A stretch of DNA of 59,220 nucleotides, counting the filler. It is 5 parts of 5 records of this genome, joined end to end, with 100 filler letters (N's around TTAATTAATTAA, not from the genome) between each part and the next. Parts side by side here need not be neighbours in the genome. Positions count along the whole stretch, not along the records: positions 9,033 to 16,890 come from DRR723986_4109; positions 16,991 to 25,466 come from DRR723986_4113; 3 more parts are not named here. One strand, written 5' to 3'. The notes under the pieces were generated by a model that was given only the letters and a program-made list of their open reading frames with translations, did no database searches and was not told where the DNA came from. The first letter of the stretch is position 1. Each line of letters starts with the position of its first letter. Position numbers and translations under genes: made by a program. Of the stretch, positions 11,536 to 21,846 are shown piece by piece.

Positions 11536-12741
11536 TCAGATCACGTTCTTCTCGAGGAAGGGCGTGCCGGTCAGGATGCGCGTCATGCCCAGAGGCGAGA
11601 GGTCGAGCGTGCGGAAGGCGCCGTGCACGATCAGCTCCGCCACGGCGCGGCCGGTGGCCGGGGCCTGTTGCAGGCCGTGGCCCGAGAAGCCGTTGGCGAA
11701 GAGCATGTTCGGCACCTCGGGGTGGGGGCCGACGATCATGTTGTGGTCGAGCGTGTTGTAGGCGTAGTGGCCGGCCCAGCTGCGGATCACCTTGATCGCC
11801 TCGAAGGCCGGTGAGCGGGCGGCGAGGACGGGCCAGATGCGGTCTTCGAACTCGGCGTGGTTGGGCTCGAAGTCGTCGGGGTCCACGGCGCGGTCGTCTT
11901 CGGGCGGGCATTGGGTCATGAAGTAGCGGCCCTCGGGGCGGCAGTAGACGCCCGAGGGGTCGATCATCAGCGGCAGGCGGCCTTGGTTGACGCGGGCCGT
12001 GCCCTCGGGGCTTTGGGCGCAGTCATAGAGGAAGACCGTGCGCTTGCGGGGCTCTACCGGGATGTGGAGGCCAGCCATGCGTGCGACCTGTGCGGCGCGC
12101 GGTCCGGCGGCGTTGACCACCGTCCCGCAGGCCGGTCTGCGGCCCGAGGCCAGCGTAACATGGGTGATCCGGTCGCCCGCCCGGGTCAGGCCGGTGACCT
12201 CGTCGCGGACGTAGGTCACGCCCTGTTCGCGGGCCTTGTTGCGAAAGCCGTTCATCAGGCCGGTGTTGTCGAACCAGCCCTCTCCGGACTGGCCGTAGGA
12301 CGCAAGGCGGATGTCGTCGCAGGTGAGGTGCGGAAAGGTGCGGGACAGCTCGTCGGGCGACCAGAGCACCACGTCGGCGCCGCAGGCGCGCTGGGTCTCG
12401 TGGTTCTCGCGCAGGGTCTGCTCCTGTTCCGGCGTGGCGGCGAGGTAGAGGTAGCCGCCCTCGTGAAAGGCCAGATCTGGGCGGTCGTCGCGGGTTGCGC
12501 AGAGGGTGGCGAAGTCGCGGATCACCTTGGCGCCGTACTGGCTGATGGCCACGTTGATCGCGTTGGAGAACTGCGTCCGGATCGAGGCCGCGGAGAGCGC
12601 GGTCGAGGCGCGGGCGTAGGTCGGGTCGCGTTCCACCACGAGGATCCGCCCGTCGAAATCCGGATCGCCGGAGAGGTAGCAGGCCACGGCGGAGCCGATC
12701 ACCGCCCCGCCCACGATCACCACGTCAAAGCTGTCCTGCAT
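11536..12741 (-). CDS. FAD-dependent oxidoreductase (DAO/sarcosine oxidase, FOXRED1-like)
   Basis: DVVIVGGAVIGS, ASTALSAASIRTQFS, WAGHY, ANGFSGHGLQQ. Confidence 0.9.
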   Translation of the reverse strand: MQDSFDVVIVGGAVIGSAVACYLSGDPDFDGRILVVERDPTYARASTALSAASIRTQFSNAINVAISQYGAKVIRDFATLCATRDDRPDLAFHEGGYLYLAATPEQEQTLRENHETQRACGADVVLWSPDELSRTFPHLTCDDIRLASYGQSGEGWFDNTGLMNGFRNKAREQGVTYVRDEVTGLTRAGDRITHVTLASGRRPACGTVVNAAGPRAAQVARMAGLHIPVEPRKRTVFLYDCAQSPEGTARVNQGRLPLMIDPSGVYCRPEGRYFMTQCPPEDDRAVDPDDFEPNHAEFEDRIWPVLAARSPAFEAIKVIRSWAGHYAYNTLDHNMIVGPHPEVPNMLFANGFSGHGLQQAPATGRAVAELIVHGAFRTLDLSPLGMTRILTGTPFLEKNVI

Positions 12742-12860
12742 CCTTGCCCCCCGGACCTGTCCGCGCAGCTTCCACGAGTGGCGGGCAGATGCAACGTCTG
12801 GGGCCTTGATCGCCGGGCCGGGACGCGGGAAAACCCCAGGCAGGGAAAAGGGAGGCGACC

Positions 12861-14231
12861 ATGGCGCCCAAATTCGGGACAAGCGGCCTGCGCGGGTTGG
12901 TGACGGAGCTGACGGAGCCCACGGTGCGCGATTACGTCACCGCCTTCCTTGGCGCCTGCCCGCATGGCGGTGCGGTGCATGTGGGGCAGGACCTGCGCCC
13001 TTCTTCGGCGCAGATCGCGGGCTGGGTCATGGAGGCGGTGCGGGCCATGGGTGTGACCGCCGTCGACTGTGGCATCGTGCCGACGCCCGCGCTGGCGCTG
13101 TCGGCGCTGGAGGCGGGCGCGGCCGCGATCATGGTGACCGGCAGCCACATCCCCGCAGACCGCAACGGGCTGAAGTTCTACGTGCCCACCGGCGAGATCC
13201 TGAAGGAGGACGAGGCGCGGATCATCGCCGCCCTTGGCCAGCCCCGGCCCGGCGGCGCAGGCGCGCTGGAGACACGGGACGCGACCGCCGCCTATGTCGC
13301 GCGCTACACGCGGGGCTTTGCCCCGGACACGCTGGCGGGGCTGACGGTGGGCATCTACCAGCACTCTTCCGTGGCGCGCGACCTGCTGGTCGCCGTGGTC
13401 GTGGCGCTGGGCGGGCGGGCGGTGCCGATCGCGCGGTCCGAGAGCTTCATCCCCGTCGACACGGAGGCGCTGGACCCCGAGACCGGCGCGCTCTTCGCGG
13501 GGTGGTTCGCGGAAAACGGGCTGGACGTGCTGGTCTCGACCGACGGGGACGCGGACCGGCCCATGGTGGTCGATGACGCCGGGCGCGTGGTGCCGGGGGA
13601 CGTGCTGGGCGCGCTGACCGCGCGGCATCTGGGCGCCGGGGTCGTCTGCACGCCGGTCTCGTCGAACACCATGGTCGAGGATGCCGCCTTTGGCCTAACC
13701 CTGCGGCGGACGCGGATCGGCTCCCCCTTCGTGATCGCGGCGATGGAGGCGGCGCTGGCCGAGGACCCCGACGCGCGGGTCGTGGGCTACGAGGCGAACG
13801 GCGGCTTCCTGCTGGGTTTCGACACCGGCGCGCTGGCGCCGCTGATGACGCGCGACTGCCTGCTGCCGATCCTCGCGCCGCTTGCGGCGGCGAAGGCGGC
13901 GGGGGTGAGGCTGTCGGCGCTGATCGACGCGCTGCCGCCGCGCTTCACCGCCGCCGACCGCATCGCGGGGATCGAGACGGCGCGCGCCGCCGCCTTCCTC
14001 GGGGAGCTCACCGGCAGCGCCGAGGCCCGTGCCGCCTTCTTTGGCAAGGCCGAGAGCGCGCTGGACCTGACCGACGGGCTGCGCGCGACCTTCGCCGATG
14101 GCCATGTCCTGCACCTGCGCCCCTCGGGCAATGCGCCGGAATTTCGCTGCTACGCCGAAGCGGGCAGCCGCGAGGCCGCGCGGGCGCTCGTCGCGCGCAC
14201 ATTGGACAGATTGCGGGCGACGCTGACCTGA
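12861..14231 (+). CDS. Phosphomannomutase
   Basis: KFGTSGLRG, TGSHIP (phosphoserine), DGDADR, GYEANGG, HLRPSGNAPE. Confidence 0.93.
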   Translation: MAPKFGTSGLRGLVTELTEPTVRDYVTAFLGACPHGGAVHVGQDLRPSSAQIAGWVMEAVRAMGVTAVDCGIVPTPALALSALEAGAAAIMVTGSHIPADRNGLKFYVPTGEILKEDEARIIAALGQPRPGGAGALETRDATAAYVARYTRGFAPDTLAGLTVGIYQHSSVARDLLVAVVVALGGRAVPIARSESFIPVDTEALDPETGALFAGWFAENGLDVLVSTDGDADRPMVVDDAGRVVPGDVLGALTARHLGAGVVCTPVSSNTMVEDAAFGLTLRRTRIGSPFVIAAMEAALAEDPDARVVGYEANGGFLLGFDTGALAPLMTRDCLLPILAPLAAAKAAGVRLSALIDALPPRFTAADRIAGIETARAAAFLGELTGSAEARAAFFGKAESALDLTDGLRATFADGHVLHLRPSGNAPEFRCYAEAGSREAARALVARTLDRLRATLT

Positions 14232-14335
14232 CGACCGCCCGAGGGCAACAGATCGCCGCCCGGTCCCGCGCCTTTGTTGACACCGCCCGCGCGGGGCCGC
14301 ATGACATCCCGAAACCTGCCTGAAGGATTTCAGTT

Positions 14336-15658
14336 ATGAAGATTGCGATGATCGGAACCGGCTACGTCGGGCTTGTCTCGGGGGTCTGTTTCTCGGATTT
14401 CGGGCATGAGGTCGTCTGCGTCGACAAGGACCCCCGCAAGATCGAGATGCTGGAGCGCGGCGAGGTGCCGATCTACGAGCCGGGTCTCGACAGCCTCATG
14501 GCCAAGAACGTCGACGCCGGGCGCCTGACCTTCACGCTCGACCTCGCCACGGCCATTGAGGGCGCCGAGGCGGTCTTCATCGCCGTGGGCACGCCGACGC
14601 GGCGCGGCGACGGCCACGCCGACCTGACCTACGTCATGGCCGCCGCCGAGGAAATCGCCCGCGCGGCGAAGGACTACGTCGTGGTCGTCACCAAGTCGAC
14701 GGTGCCGGTGGGCACCAACGCCAAGGTGCGCGAGGTGGTGGCCGCCGCGAACCCGGACCTCGATTTCGACGTGGCCTCGAACCCCGAGTTCCTGCGCGAG
14801 GGCGCGGCCATCGACGACTTCATGAAACCCGACCGCGTGGTCGTGGGCGTCGAGACCGACCGCGCCGCCAAGGTGATGGAGGGCATCTACCGCCCGCTTT
14901 ACCTGCGCGATTTCCCGATCGTGACCACCGACCTCGAATCCGCCGAGATGATCAAGTACGCCGCCAACGCCTTTCTCGCGACGAAGATCACCTTCATCAA
15001 CGAGATCGCGGCGCTGTGCGAGAAGGTCGGGGCGGACGTCAAGCAGGTGTCCAAGGGCATGGGCATGGACGGCCGCATCGGCAACAAGTTCCTGCACGCC
15101 GGGCCGGGCTACGGCGGGTCGTGCTTTCCCAAGGACACCAAGGCGCTCGCCCGCATCGGGCAGGAGCACGCCAGCCCCATGAGCATCGTCGAGACGGTGA
15201 TCAAGGTGAACGACGACACCAAGCGGCGGATGATCGACAAGCTGCTCGACCTCTGCGGCGGGTCCTTCAACGGCAAGACCGTGGCGGTGCTGGGCGTGAC
15301 CTTCAAGCCCAACACCGACGACATGCGCGACGCGCCCTCGCTGACCATCGTGCCCGCGATGGTGGGCGGCGGCGCTAGGGTGCGCGTCGTCGACCCGCAG
15401 GGCCGCCGCGAGGGAGAGCACATGCTGCCCGGCGTCGACTGGCGCACCGATCCCTATGGCGCCGCCGAGGGGGCCGACCTGCTGGTGATCCTGACCGAGT
15501 GGAACGAGTTCCGCGCGCTGGATCTGACGCAGCTGGCGGGCGCCATGGCGACCCCCCGCATGGCCGATCTGCGCAACATCTACAGCCCCGAGGATGCGCG
15601 GGACGCGGGGTTCACCGGCTACGAGAGCATCGGCCGCAGCGGCTTCGACGCCGGCTGA
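14336..15658 (+). CDS. ugd: UDP-glucose 6-dehydrogenase
   Basis: GTGYVG, IAVGTP, KSTVPVGT, SNPEFLREG, GYGGSCFPKD, FKPNTDDMR. Confidence 0.95.
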   Translation: MKIAMIGTGYVGLVSGVCFSDFGHEVVCVDKDPRKIEMLERGEVPIYEPGLDSLMAKNVDAGRLTFTLDLATAIEGAEAVFIAVGTPTRRGDGHADLTYVMAAAEEIARAAKDYVVVVTKSTVPVGTNAKVREVVAAANPDLDFDVASNPEFLREGAAIDDFMKPDRVVVGVETDRAAKVMEGIYRPLYLRDFPIVTTDLESAEMIKYAANAFLATKITFINEIAALCEKVGADVKQVSKGMGMDGRIGNKFLHAGPGYGGSCFPKDTKALARIGQEHASPMSIVETVIKVNDDTKRRMIDKLLDLCGGSFNGKTVAVLGVTFKPNTDDMRDAPSLTIVPAMVGGGARVRVVDPQGRREGEHMLPGVDWRTDPYGAAEGADLLVILTEWNEFRALDLTQLAGAMATPRMADLRNIYSPEDARDAGFTGYESIGRSGFDAG

Positions 15659-15854
15659 GGCCTTTGGCCCGGGCGCGGCGGCGCGGCCCCGGGCGGGCGC
15701 CACCATGGCCCGGGTCTGTGACATCCGGGCCACAGCGAACGGGGCTGCGGCAGGCTCTGGCCGCGCGCAGACGAACAGCGGGCTTCTCAGAGGGACGTTC
15801 GTCCGGTAGTGTTCCGAAAACACTATATAAAAATCAGAGGCAGACAGGACAGGC

Positions 15855-16890
15855 ATGGCAACGGGCTATCGAGGCACGTTCGTCATCTCCTGGTCGCAGA
15901 CGGACATAGACGGCCTGAAGGCCGCACCGCCGTCTGCGCTGAGCGTCGGGGCCGCATGGTCCTGGCACGGGGTTCCGGTGCGGGTCGATGGACCCTCGTC
16001 GATCCTTCAGCTCGACCAGGCGGACGGCGAGACGGACATCCGGAAACGCGCGGCACGCATGGTGCGGCGGCTGGTGGGCGCGGCGCTCACGCACGAAACG
16101 CGGCTGGAGCGCGTGACGGTCGACCATCCCATCGCCGACAGCAGCTTCGTCGTCACCGACGGGGCCAAAAGCTACACGATCACGCTGATCGAGGTCGGCG
16201 GCGAAAGCCCGCCGCTGCTGATGTTCATGGACGAGATCCCTCCCTCGGGGCGCGATCTGTGGATCGTCCACCAGCGTCTGGACACGCTGGCGGGTCAGGC
16301 GACCGGCGATCAGGGCAGCGGGGTGATCTGCTTCACCCCCGGCACGCGGATCCTTACGCCGCAGGGGGCCATTCCGGTCGAAGCGCTGCGCGCGGGCGAC
16401 ATGGTCCAGACCAAGGACAGCGGCCCGCAAGAGATCCAGTGGACCGGCTCGCGCCACATGACCGGCGCCCGGCTCTTCGCGATGCCGCGCCTGCGCCCGG
16501 TGCGCATCCGCCCCGGCGCCTTCGGCATCGGAGAGCCGGACGAGGAAATCGTGGTCTCTCCGGAGCACCGCATGGTGATCAAGGGCGTCGTGGCGCGCGC
16601 GCTCTTCAACACGCCCGAAGTGCTGGTGGCCGCCCGCGACCTGCTGAACGGCGACAGCGTGGTGCTCGACATGACCGCGCGGTCGGTGACCTATCACCAC
16701 CTGTTGCTGCGCCGGCACGAGGTGCTCTTCGCCAACGGCGTCGAGACCGAAAGCTTCCACCCGGCGAACACGGCGCTCTCCTCGCTGGCGCCGGAGGACC
16801 GCGCGCGACTGCTGACCGAAAGACCCGAGGTGGCAGAGAACCCGCACCTCTACGGCGCCTACGCGCGGCGCAACCTGTCGAAATCCGAAG
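15855..16890 (+). CDS. Hint-domain (B-type bacterial intein-like) protein, 3'-truncated
   Basis: VICFTPGTRILTPQG...VEALRAGDMVQTKD, VSPEHR, YHHLLLRRHEVLFANGVETESFHP. Confidence 0.9.
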
Positions 16891-16990
16891 NNNNNNNNNN
16901 NNNNNNNNNNNNNNNNNNNNNNNNNNNNNNNNNNTTAATTAATTAANNNNNNNNNNNNNNNNNNNNNNNNNNNNNNNNNNNNNNNNNNNN
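16891..16990. other. Artificial contig linker
   Basis: N44-TTAATTAATTAA-N44. Confidence 0.99.
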
Positions 16991-17140
16991 CGCCCGACCT
17001 CTCCCAAAGGGAGAGGAGACAGGTCGAACACGCACCCTCATCCGGGATTGCGCACTGCTTCCCCAAGGGAGAGGCTGCAAGTACGAACACGAACCTTACA
17101 CGGGCTGACGCCCAGCCTCTCCCGGCGGGAGAGGTGACAC
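16991..17140. repeat. Degenerate tandem hairpin repeats, about 59-bp period
   Basis: CCTCTCCC-N3-GGGAGAGG at 16998-17016 and 17116-17134, degenerate copy at 17057-17074; the intervening segments share CGAACACG.ACC.T...CGGG. Confidence 0.75.
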
Positions 17141-17169
17141 CAACTGACAACTAACAACGGAATTGCGTC

Positions 17170-18300
17170 ATGAAAGAATTGCGTATCGGTATGATTGGTT
17201 ATGGCTTCATGGGCAAGACGCACTCGAATGCGTATGTCCAAGCGGCCAACTTCTTTGAGAGCGAACACAAGCCTGTACTGAAGGCGCTTTGTGCTCGGAA
17301 TTTGGAAAAGGCAAAGCCTTTCGCCGAAAACTGGGGCTACGAATCAGTCGAATCCGATTGGCGGGAGTTGCTCAAGCGTGACGACATCGATGCAGTGGAT
17401 ATCTGCACGCCGAATAATCTGCATAAAACGATTGCGATTGAAGCGGCGAAAGCTGGGAAGATGATCCTCTGCGAAAAGCCGTTGGCGATGAACGCCGAAG
17501 AAGGCGAAGAAATGTGCCAAGCGGTCGAGGCAGCCGGTGTTGCGAACATGGTTTGGTACAACTACCGACGCGTGCCTGCAGTGACGCTCGCGAAGCAAAT
17601 ATTGGATTCCGGCAAGCTCGGACGGATCTTCCACTACCGAGCTAACTTCCTGCAAGACTGGACGATTAACGCCGACGTTCCTCAAGGCGGCGCGGCGACT
17701 TGGCGACTGGATGCCGAAGCGGCTGGTAGTGGTGTCACCGGCGACTTGCTGGCGCACTGTATCGACACGGCTATCTGGCTCAACGGTTCCATCACGGACG
17801 TGACCGCAATGACGGAAACGTTTGTTAAGGAGCGTGTGCACGCCGAAACAGGTGAAAAGCAACCTGTGAAGATCGACGATGCCTGCGCGTTCCTTTGCCA
17901 CTTCGACAACGGTTCGCTCGGGCTGTTCGAGTCAACACGTTACGCTCGCGGCCACAAGGCACTCTACACGCTTGAGATCAACGGTGAACACGCGAGCATT
18001 CGTTGGGATCTGCACGATTTGCACCGGCTCGAGTACTTCGATCACTCCGATGATTCGATTGTTCGCGGCTGGCGAAGTGTTCACGTTTCAGACGGCGACC
18101 AGCCTTATATGGGCAACTGGTGGGTGCCAGGACTCCAGATCGGCTACGAGCATTCCTTTACTCACCAAGTTGCTGATTTCTTGAAGAGTCTCGACACTGG
18201 CGAAGCGGCTCACCCAAGCTTCCGCGACGCACTCGAAACCCAAAAGGTTTGCGACGCAGTTCTCAAGAGTGGCGCACAGCGAACCTGGGAAAACGTCTAG
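17170..18300 (+). CDS. Gfo/Idh/MocA family oxidoreductase
   Basis: [33 protein letters not shown]. Confidence 0.93.
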   Translation: MKELRIGMIGYGFMGKTHSNAYVQAANFFESEHKPVLKALCARNLEKAKPFAENWGYESVESDWRELLKRDDIDAVDICTPNNLHKTIAIEAAKAGKMILCEKPLAMNAEEGEEMCQAVEAAGVANMVWYNYRRVPAVTLAKQILDSGKLGRIFHYRANFLQDWTINADVPQGGAATWRLDAEAAGSGVTGDLLAHCIDTAIWLNGSITDVTAMTETFVKERVHAETGEKQPVKIDDACAFLCHFDNGSLGLFESTRYARGHKALYTLEINGEHASIRWDLHDLHRLEYFDHSDDSIVRGWRSVHVSDGDQPYMGNWWVPGLQIGYEHSFTHQVADFLKSLDTGEAAHPSFRDALETQKVCDAVLKSGAQRTWENV

Positions 18301-18317
18301 GATTGGTCTGGGCGATT

Positions 18318-18347
18318 ACACTAGCAGCCGACTGCGGCCGCTAGTGT
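18318..18347. terminator. Hairpin between convergent genes
   Basis: ACACTAGCAGCCG-actg-CGGCCGCTAGTGT; no U-tract. Confidence 0.5.
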
Positions 18348-18433
18348 GAATGCGTGTTTCCGACTTGCAGCCTGCAGCACGTTCTGATCGCATTTGTAAG
18401 CAGTTCGGTAACGTACGCGTGCTGAAAGCAGTC

Positions 18434-20530
18434 TTAGTGGATCAAAGCACCAGCATAGCCGACGACTTGATTCTTATCGGCTCCGGCATCCGCACTGGTG
18501 GCGTAGTCTACTTCGGTTACCTGAGGTTCATGCCCCAGTTCGATCAAGGTTTGGAGGACAAGTGCGGCAGGTACAAGCCCGCACATTGAAATCTCGTTCT
18601 GGCGACATACCTCGATCAGTTCTTCCGGATTACCCGCCGCAAGTGCGTCCAGTGCCAGGCGATCGCGACGGCGATTCTCGGTGTCTGACGCATAGTGGTT
18701 CATGTCGGATGAAATGACCAGCAGTGGCATTTCGGGTAGTTCTTTGACAATGGCAGCCAGTTGTTTAGCGGCCGCTTTGATGTCCAGCCAACTGCCACCT
18801 TGAGCCGTCAAGCCGACCACTTTGGCGTTTGGGGCAAGTTGTTCCAGGAAGGGTAGCTGGACTTCGATGCCGTGCTCGTCCTTGTGGGAAGCAGCATCTT
18901 GTTGAGCAGGTTCGAGCGCATCGAGTTTGTCGATCAGTTGCATGTCTGCGGAAAACTCGCTGTTGCGGCTGAGTCGCCATTTCTCAAATGGACACACGGC
19001 CCAATTGACACCTTGGCGATGGTGTTTCGGGGTGATGACAAGCAGTGTACGACCATCGAGGCTTTCAACACTGGCCCAAGTCTTTGCTGCGACCTTGCCG
19101 CTGTATTTCAGCGCTGCATGCGGCACCATGATTGCCAGCGGACTCGATTGCTTGACGTCGGTGGGAAGGAGTTCCTTCAATGCCGCTCGGCGAGCAGCAT
19201 CCTCGGCGGGGTAGAAGGTGCCGGCTACCGCGGCCGGGCGGATGCCTTTCCCTACGACCGCTGATGGGCCGCTGATGCTGATGATATGTGGCAGAGTGGT
19301 TTGAACGTGCAGCGTGTGAACCATGCCGTCGCGGGCACCAATCGGCATCGCATCACGAAGTCGCTCAAGTAGTTCGTTGGCAGACTTTCCAGGGTCAAAC
19401 GCGAAACCACAGTGGGCGTCATCGGAAACCACCACGGCGCGTTCCTGCGTGTCAACTCCCTCTAGTTCGGCGAGTGAGCCGTAGCCATGAAGGGCAGGGT
19501 CAACGCCGACGGACAGGCCAACTTGTAATTGTCCCGCGAAGCGGTCTTGCTGAAACATTAGTGCGGCACGCTGGCACATCTGGAACAGAGTGGCTTGGAG
19601 TGCGATGCCGGGCCGGAACGACACTTGCAGTGCATTGCCTTGTCTAGGTTGTTCGGCTGAAGCGGTTTCTTGTTCTGTGGTCTGGTCCGCGGACTGGCGG
19701 GTCCATTGCATGGACAAGACGATGGCGTTAACGGTCGAATCTGGCAGGTGCGGGAGAACATAGCTGGGAGTCCCACCGGTTGCGATGGCGACAATGTTCT
19801 GTCCGGCCACTTGAGCGTACTGTTGAAGCTGTTCGGCGGTGAGTGGTGATGCAGAGCGATGTTCGGTCGCTTCGCCAGCATAGTCCTTCAGTGCGCCTTC
19901 CATGGGCTCGCCATGAAAGGTCATGACTTTTGTATCATCGTTTTCCCAGGCGGATTCTCGCAGACCAGCTTTGTTGCAAACGGCTCCGAGGAATCGTGTT
20001 GAATCCCAGCCGCGTTCGGCAGCAACGCTTGGCAGCAGAAGGCCGTTTTTCTGACCTCGCTGGACCATCAGGCCATGCTTGCCAACTTCGATGGCGTCCG
20101 CTCGGTCAGCGCCGGTGGCTTCAACTTGACGGAAGGGCCCAAGGATGGTGACTTCGATGTCGAGGTGCTCCAGCTCAACGGGCGAGATCGGAGAGAATCG
20201 ATTGTCTTCCTTGGCTGCACGGCTGGCTGCCGATGTGACGGCCCCAAGCAGTGGCATTGGTTTTCCCAGCACCCCACAGCAGGCCCTGAGCAATTTTCCT
20301 CGCTTCAGCGTTACGAATACGCCCATTACAATGCGTTGCGACAGGTCCTCGAGGGCCTCCGGCTGCGCCTTTACGGGAACTCCCCGAACGGTTTGATTCA
20401 CCCACTGCGAAGCGACCTTCAGTATCGAAGCCTTTTGGGCGTCATTGAGCGTTTCGACGTTAAGTGGCGGAGGTGCAGCCGCCGGAGAAGACGAGACGGT
20501 GCTTGATTCGCTGTTCGTTCCAGTCGTCAT
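18434..20530 (-). CDS. AmmeMemoRadiSam system fusion protein: N-terminal AMMECR1 (AmrA) and C-terminal Memo (AmrB)
   Basis: GVFVTL..LRACCG, D.RFSPI, GKHGL, GLLLPSVA.E.GW (AMMECR1); IRPAAVAGTFYP, PHA, EHGIEVQLPFL, ISSDMNH, SMCG, VVGYA (Memo); AAGGAG RBS before the ATG at 20530. Confidence 0.9.
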   Translation of the reverse strand: MTTGTNSESSTVSSSPAAAPPPLNVETLNDAQKASILKVASQWVNQTVRGVPVKAQPEALEDLSQRIVMGVFVTLKRGKLLRACCGVLGKPMPLLGAVTSAASRAAKEDNRFSPISPVELEHLDIEVTILGPFRQVEATGADRADAIEVGKHGLMVQRGQKNGLLLPSVAAERGWDSTRFLGAVCNKAGLRESAWENDDTKVMTFHGEPMEGALKDYAGEATEHRSASPLTAEQLQQYAQVAGQNIVAIATGGTPSYVLPHLPDSTVNAIVLSMQWTRQSADQTTEQETASAEQPRQGNALQVSFRPGIALQATLFQMCQRAALMFQQDRFAGQLQVGLSVGVDPALHGYGSLAELEGVDTQERAVVVSDDAHCGFAFDPGKSANELLERLRDAMPIGARDGMVHTLHVQTTLPHIISISGPSAVVGKGIRPAAVAGTFYPAEDAARRAALKELLPTDVKQSSPLAIMVPHAALKYSGKVAAKTWASVESLDGRTLLVITPKHHRQGVNWAVCPFEKWRLSRNSEFSADMQLIDKLDALEPAQQDAASHKDEHGIEVQLPFLEQLAPNAKVVGLTAQGGSWLDIKAAAKQLAAIVKELPEMPLLVISSDMNHYASDTENRRRDRLALDALAAGNPEELIEVCRQNEISMCGLVPAALVLQTLIELGHEPQVTEVDYATSADAGADKNQVVGYAGALIH

Positions 20531-21060
20531 AGATTGGGACTCCTTCGTCGAGACATTCACGTGTACGGATTGGGTCGGGATCGGGCTGGCAAGTGGTCGG
20601 TCGTGTATAGTTCTCGATGCAGTTGGGTCGAGAATGGTTCCCACTTCTTCCTAATCGAGCTCCTGTGCGGGGGCAGTGGCACCACCGTAATGCTTGCAAC
20701 AGGTGCGTCTCCGCAGCAATTGACGAGTCGCGCGAGCGGAGTCTTGGTGGGTGCTTCGTTCGTATTGATTTTGCAGGCGATTTGCTTGCCGCCATCTAAG
20801 CACAGAGTATCAAAATCGGCTCAGCTCCGAATTTGCATTTGGAAAACTGCGTGAAATAGTGTGAAGAGGCCAGAGGTGCCCTTGCCAGCGGACTCTTGTG
20901 ATCCGATTGCACTTTTTAGGCCGTTGGTTCGGATTGTCGATAGTCTTGGGGGATGCGCTGGTTGGAAGAGCTTTTCGCAAGAGTCTGCGTCGCGATTAAT
21001 TGAGTGGGCTCTGCAGGAGTACTCCGATGCAGCAAGCGCTAACTGGGTCGCACGTTCACG

Positions 21061-21720
21061 CTACGCGTTGATCAGCACCTTGCTCAGACTCAAGACTTCC
21101 TCCATGAGCGTTGGTATCTGTGAAGCGTGCAGCCGGTTGCCTGGACGAGTCAGCATGAAATGCGTTCTCTGCCCCTCAAGGTGAATTTTGCCTAGCTCGA
21201 GCACCTTTTTGCGTCGGGGAGCGGTGAAGTACTCGCGTATTGCGGCTTCGTCGCTACCGCCCAGAACAAAAGTGCGTGAAAAATCAGGGTCGTCGTTGAA
21301 GTCGATGTCTTTACCGCCAAACATCTCGGAGAGCCACTGGAAAGCACCTTCTGGGTAGATCTGAAACTCTGGCGTGTTCAGATTCTCCAGCGTAGCGATG
21401 GCCACAGTTTGACGGTGAGTTCGGCGACTCTTCCCTCCACCGGTAGAGTAAGAATAGTCGAACAAGATCATTCGCAGTTCACCCGAATCGGCTTCGATGA
21501 CATTTGCAGGTTTGCGACTGTGACCTTTGTTCGCAAACGCAAACTGATTGAAGAGCGTCTGATCGGCAGAACTGAGCGTAGCATACGACGTAAGGCCAAG
21601 TTCGGCGGCAAACTCAGAGATTTCTTCGCGGCGTTTCCGTTCGTTGGCCATCGAATACAGCAGCGAGCCTACTGCGACCGCGATGATTGCGCACCAGAAC
21701 AGGATCGTGAACAGTGGCAT
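21061..21720 (-). CDS. Hypothetical protein with N-terminal membrane anchor
   Basis: Hydrophobic N-terminus; FDYSYSTGGGKSRRT and DIDFNDDPDFSRTF segments look like a conserved globular domain. Confidence 0.75.
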   Translation of the reverse strand: MPLFTILFWCAIIAVAVGSLLYSMANERKRREEISEFAAELGLTSYATLSSADQTLFNQFAFANKGHSRKPANVIEADSGELRMILFDYSYSTGGGKSRRTHRQTVAIATLENLNTPEFQIYPEGAFQWLSEMFGGKDIDFNDDPDFSRTFVLGGSDEAAIREYFTAPRRKKVLELGKIHLEGQRTHFMLTRPGNRLHASQIPTLMEEVLSLSKVLINA

Positions 21721-21772
21721 GCGTTAACTCGTCATGATGAGCGGAATGTAGCTTCTAGTTGGCTGGCTTCCT

Positions 21773-21832
21773 GTAGCCCAAAATCTAGTGGCCCAGAATC
21801 CAGTAGCCCAGAATCCAGTGGCCCAGCCTCTA
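21773..21832. repeat. 4 x 15-bp tandem repeat
   Basis: GTAGCCCAAAATCTA GTGGCCCAGAATCCA GTAGCCCAGAATCCA GTGGCCCAGCCTCTA. Confidence 0.9.
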
Positions 21833-21846
21833 GCGGTCAGCCGAGG

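Noticed and set aside
14330..15856. Long antisense ORFs (also 790-2025, 35966-37249, 37984-39657, 43812-45887, 50366-51757, 56562-57659)
   Set aside because: Shadow frames of well-supported genes, expected in high-GC DNA; no motifs
16991..17140. Possible CRISPR array
   Set aside because: Repeats are degenerate, the intervening segments resemble each other, and no cas genes are present
21773..21832. Possible CRISPR array, or coding repeat in ORFs 21409-22134 and 21788-22147
   Set aside because: Contiguous 15-mers with no spacers; those ORFs are antisense to better-supported genes
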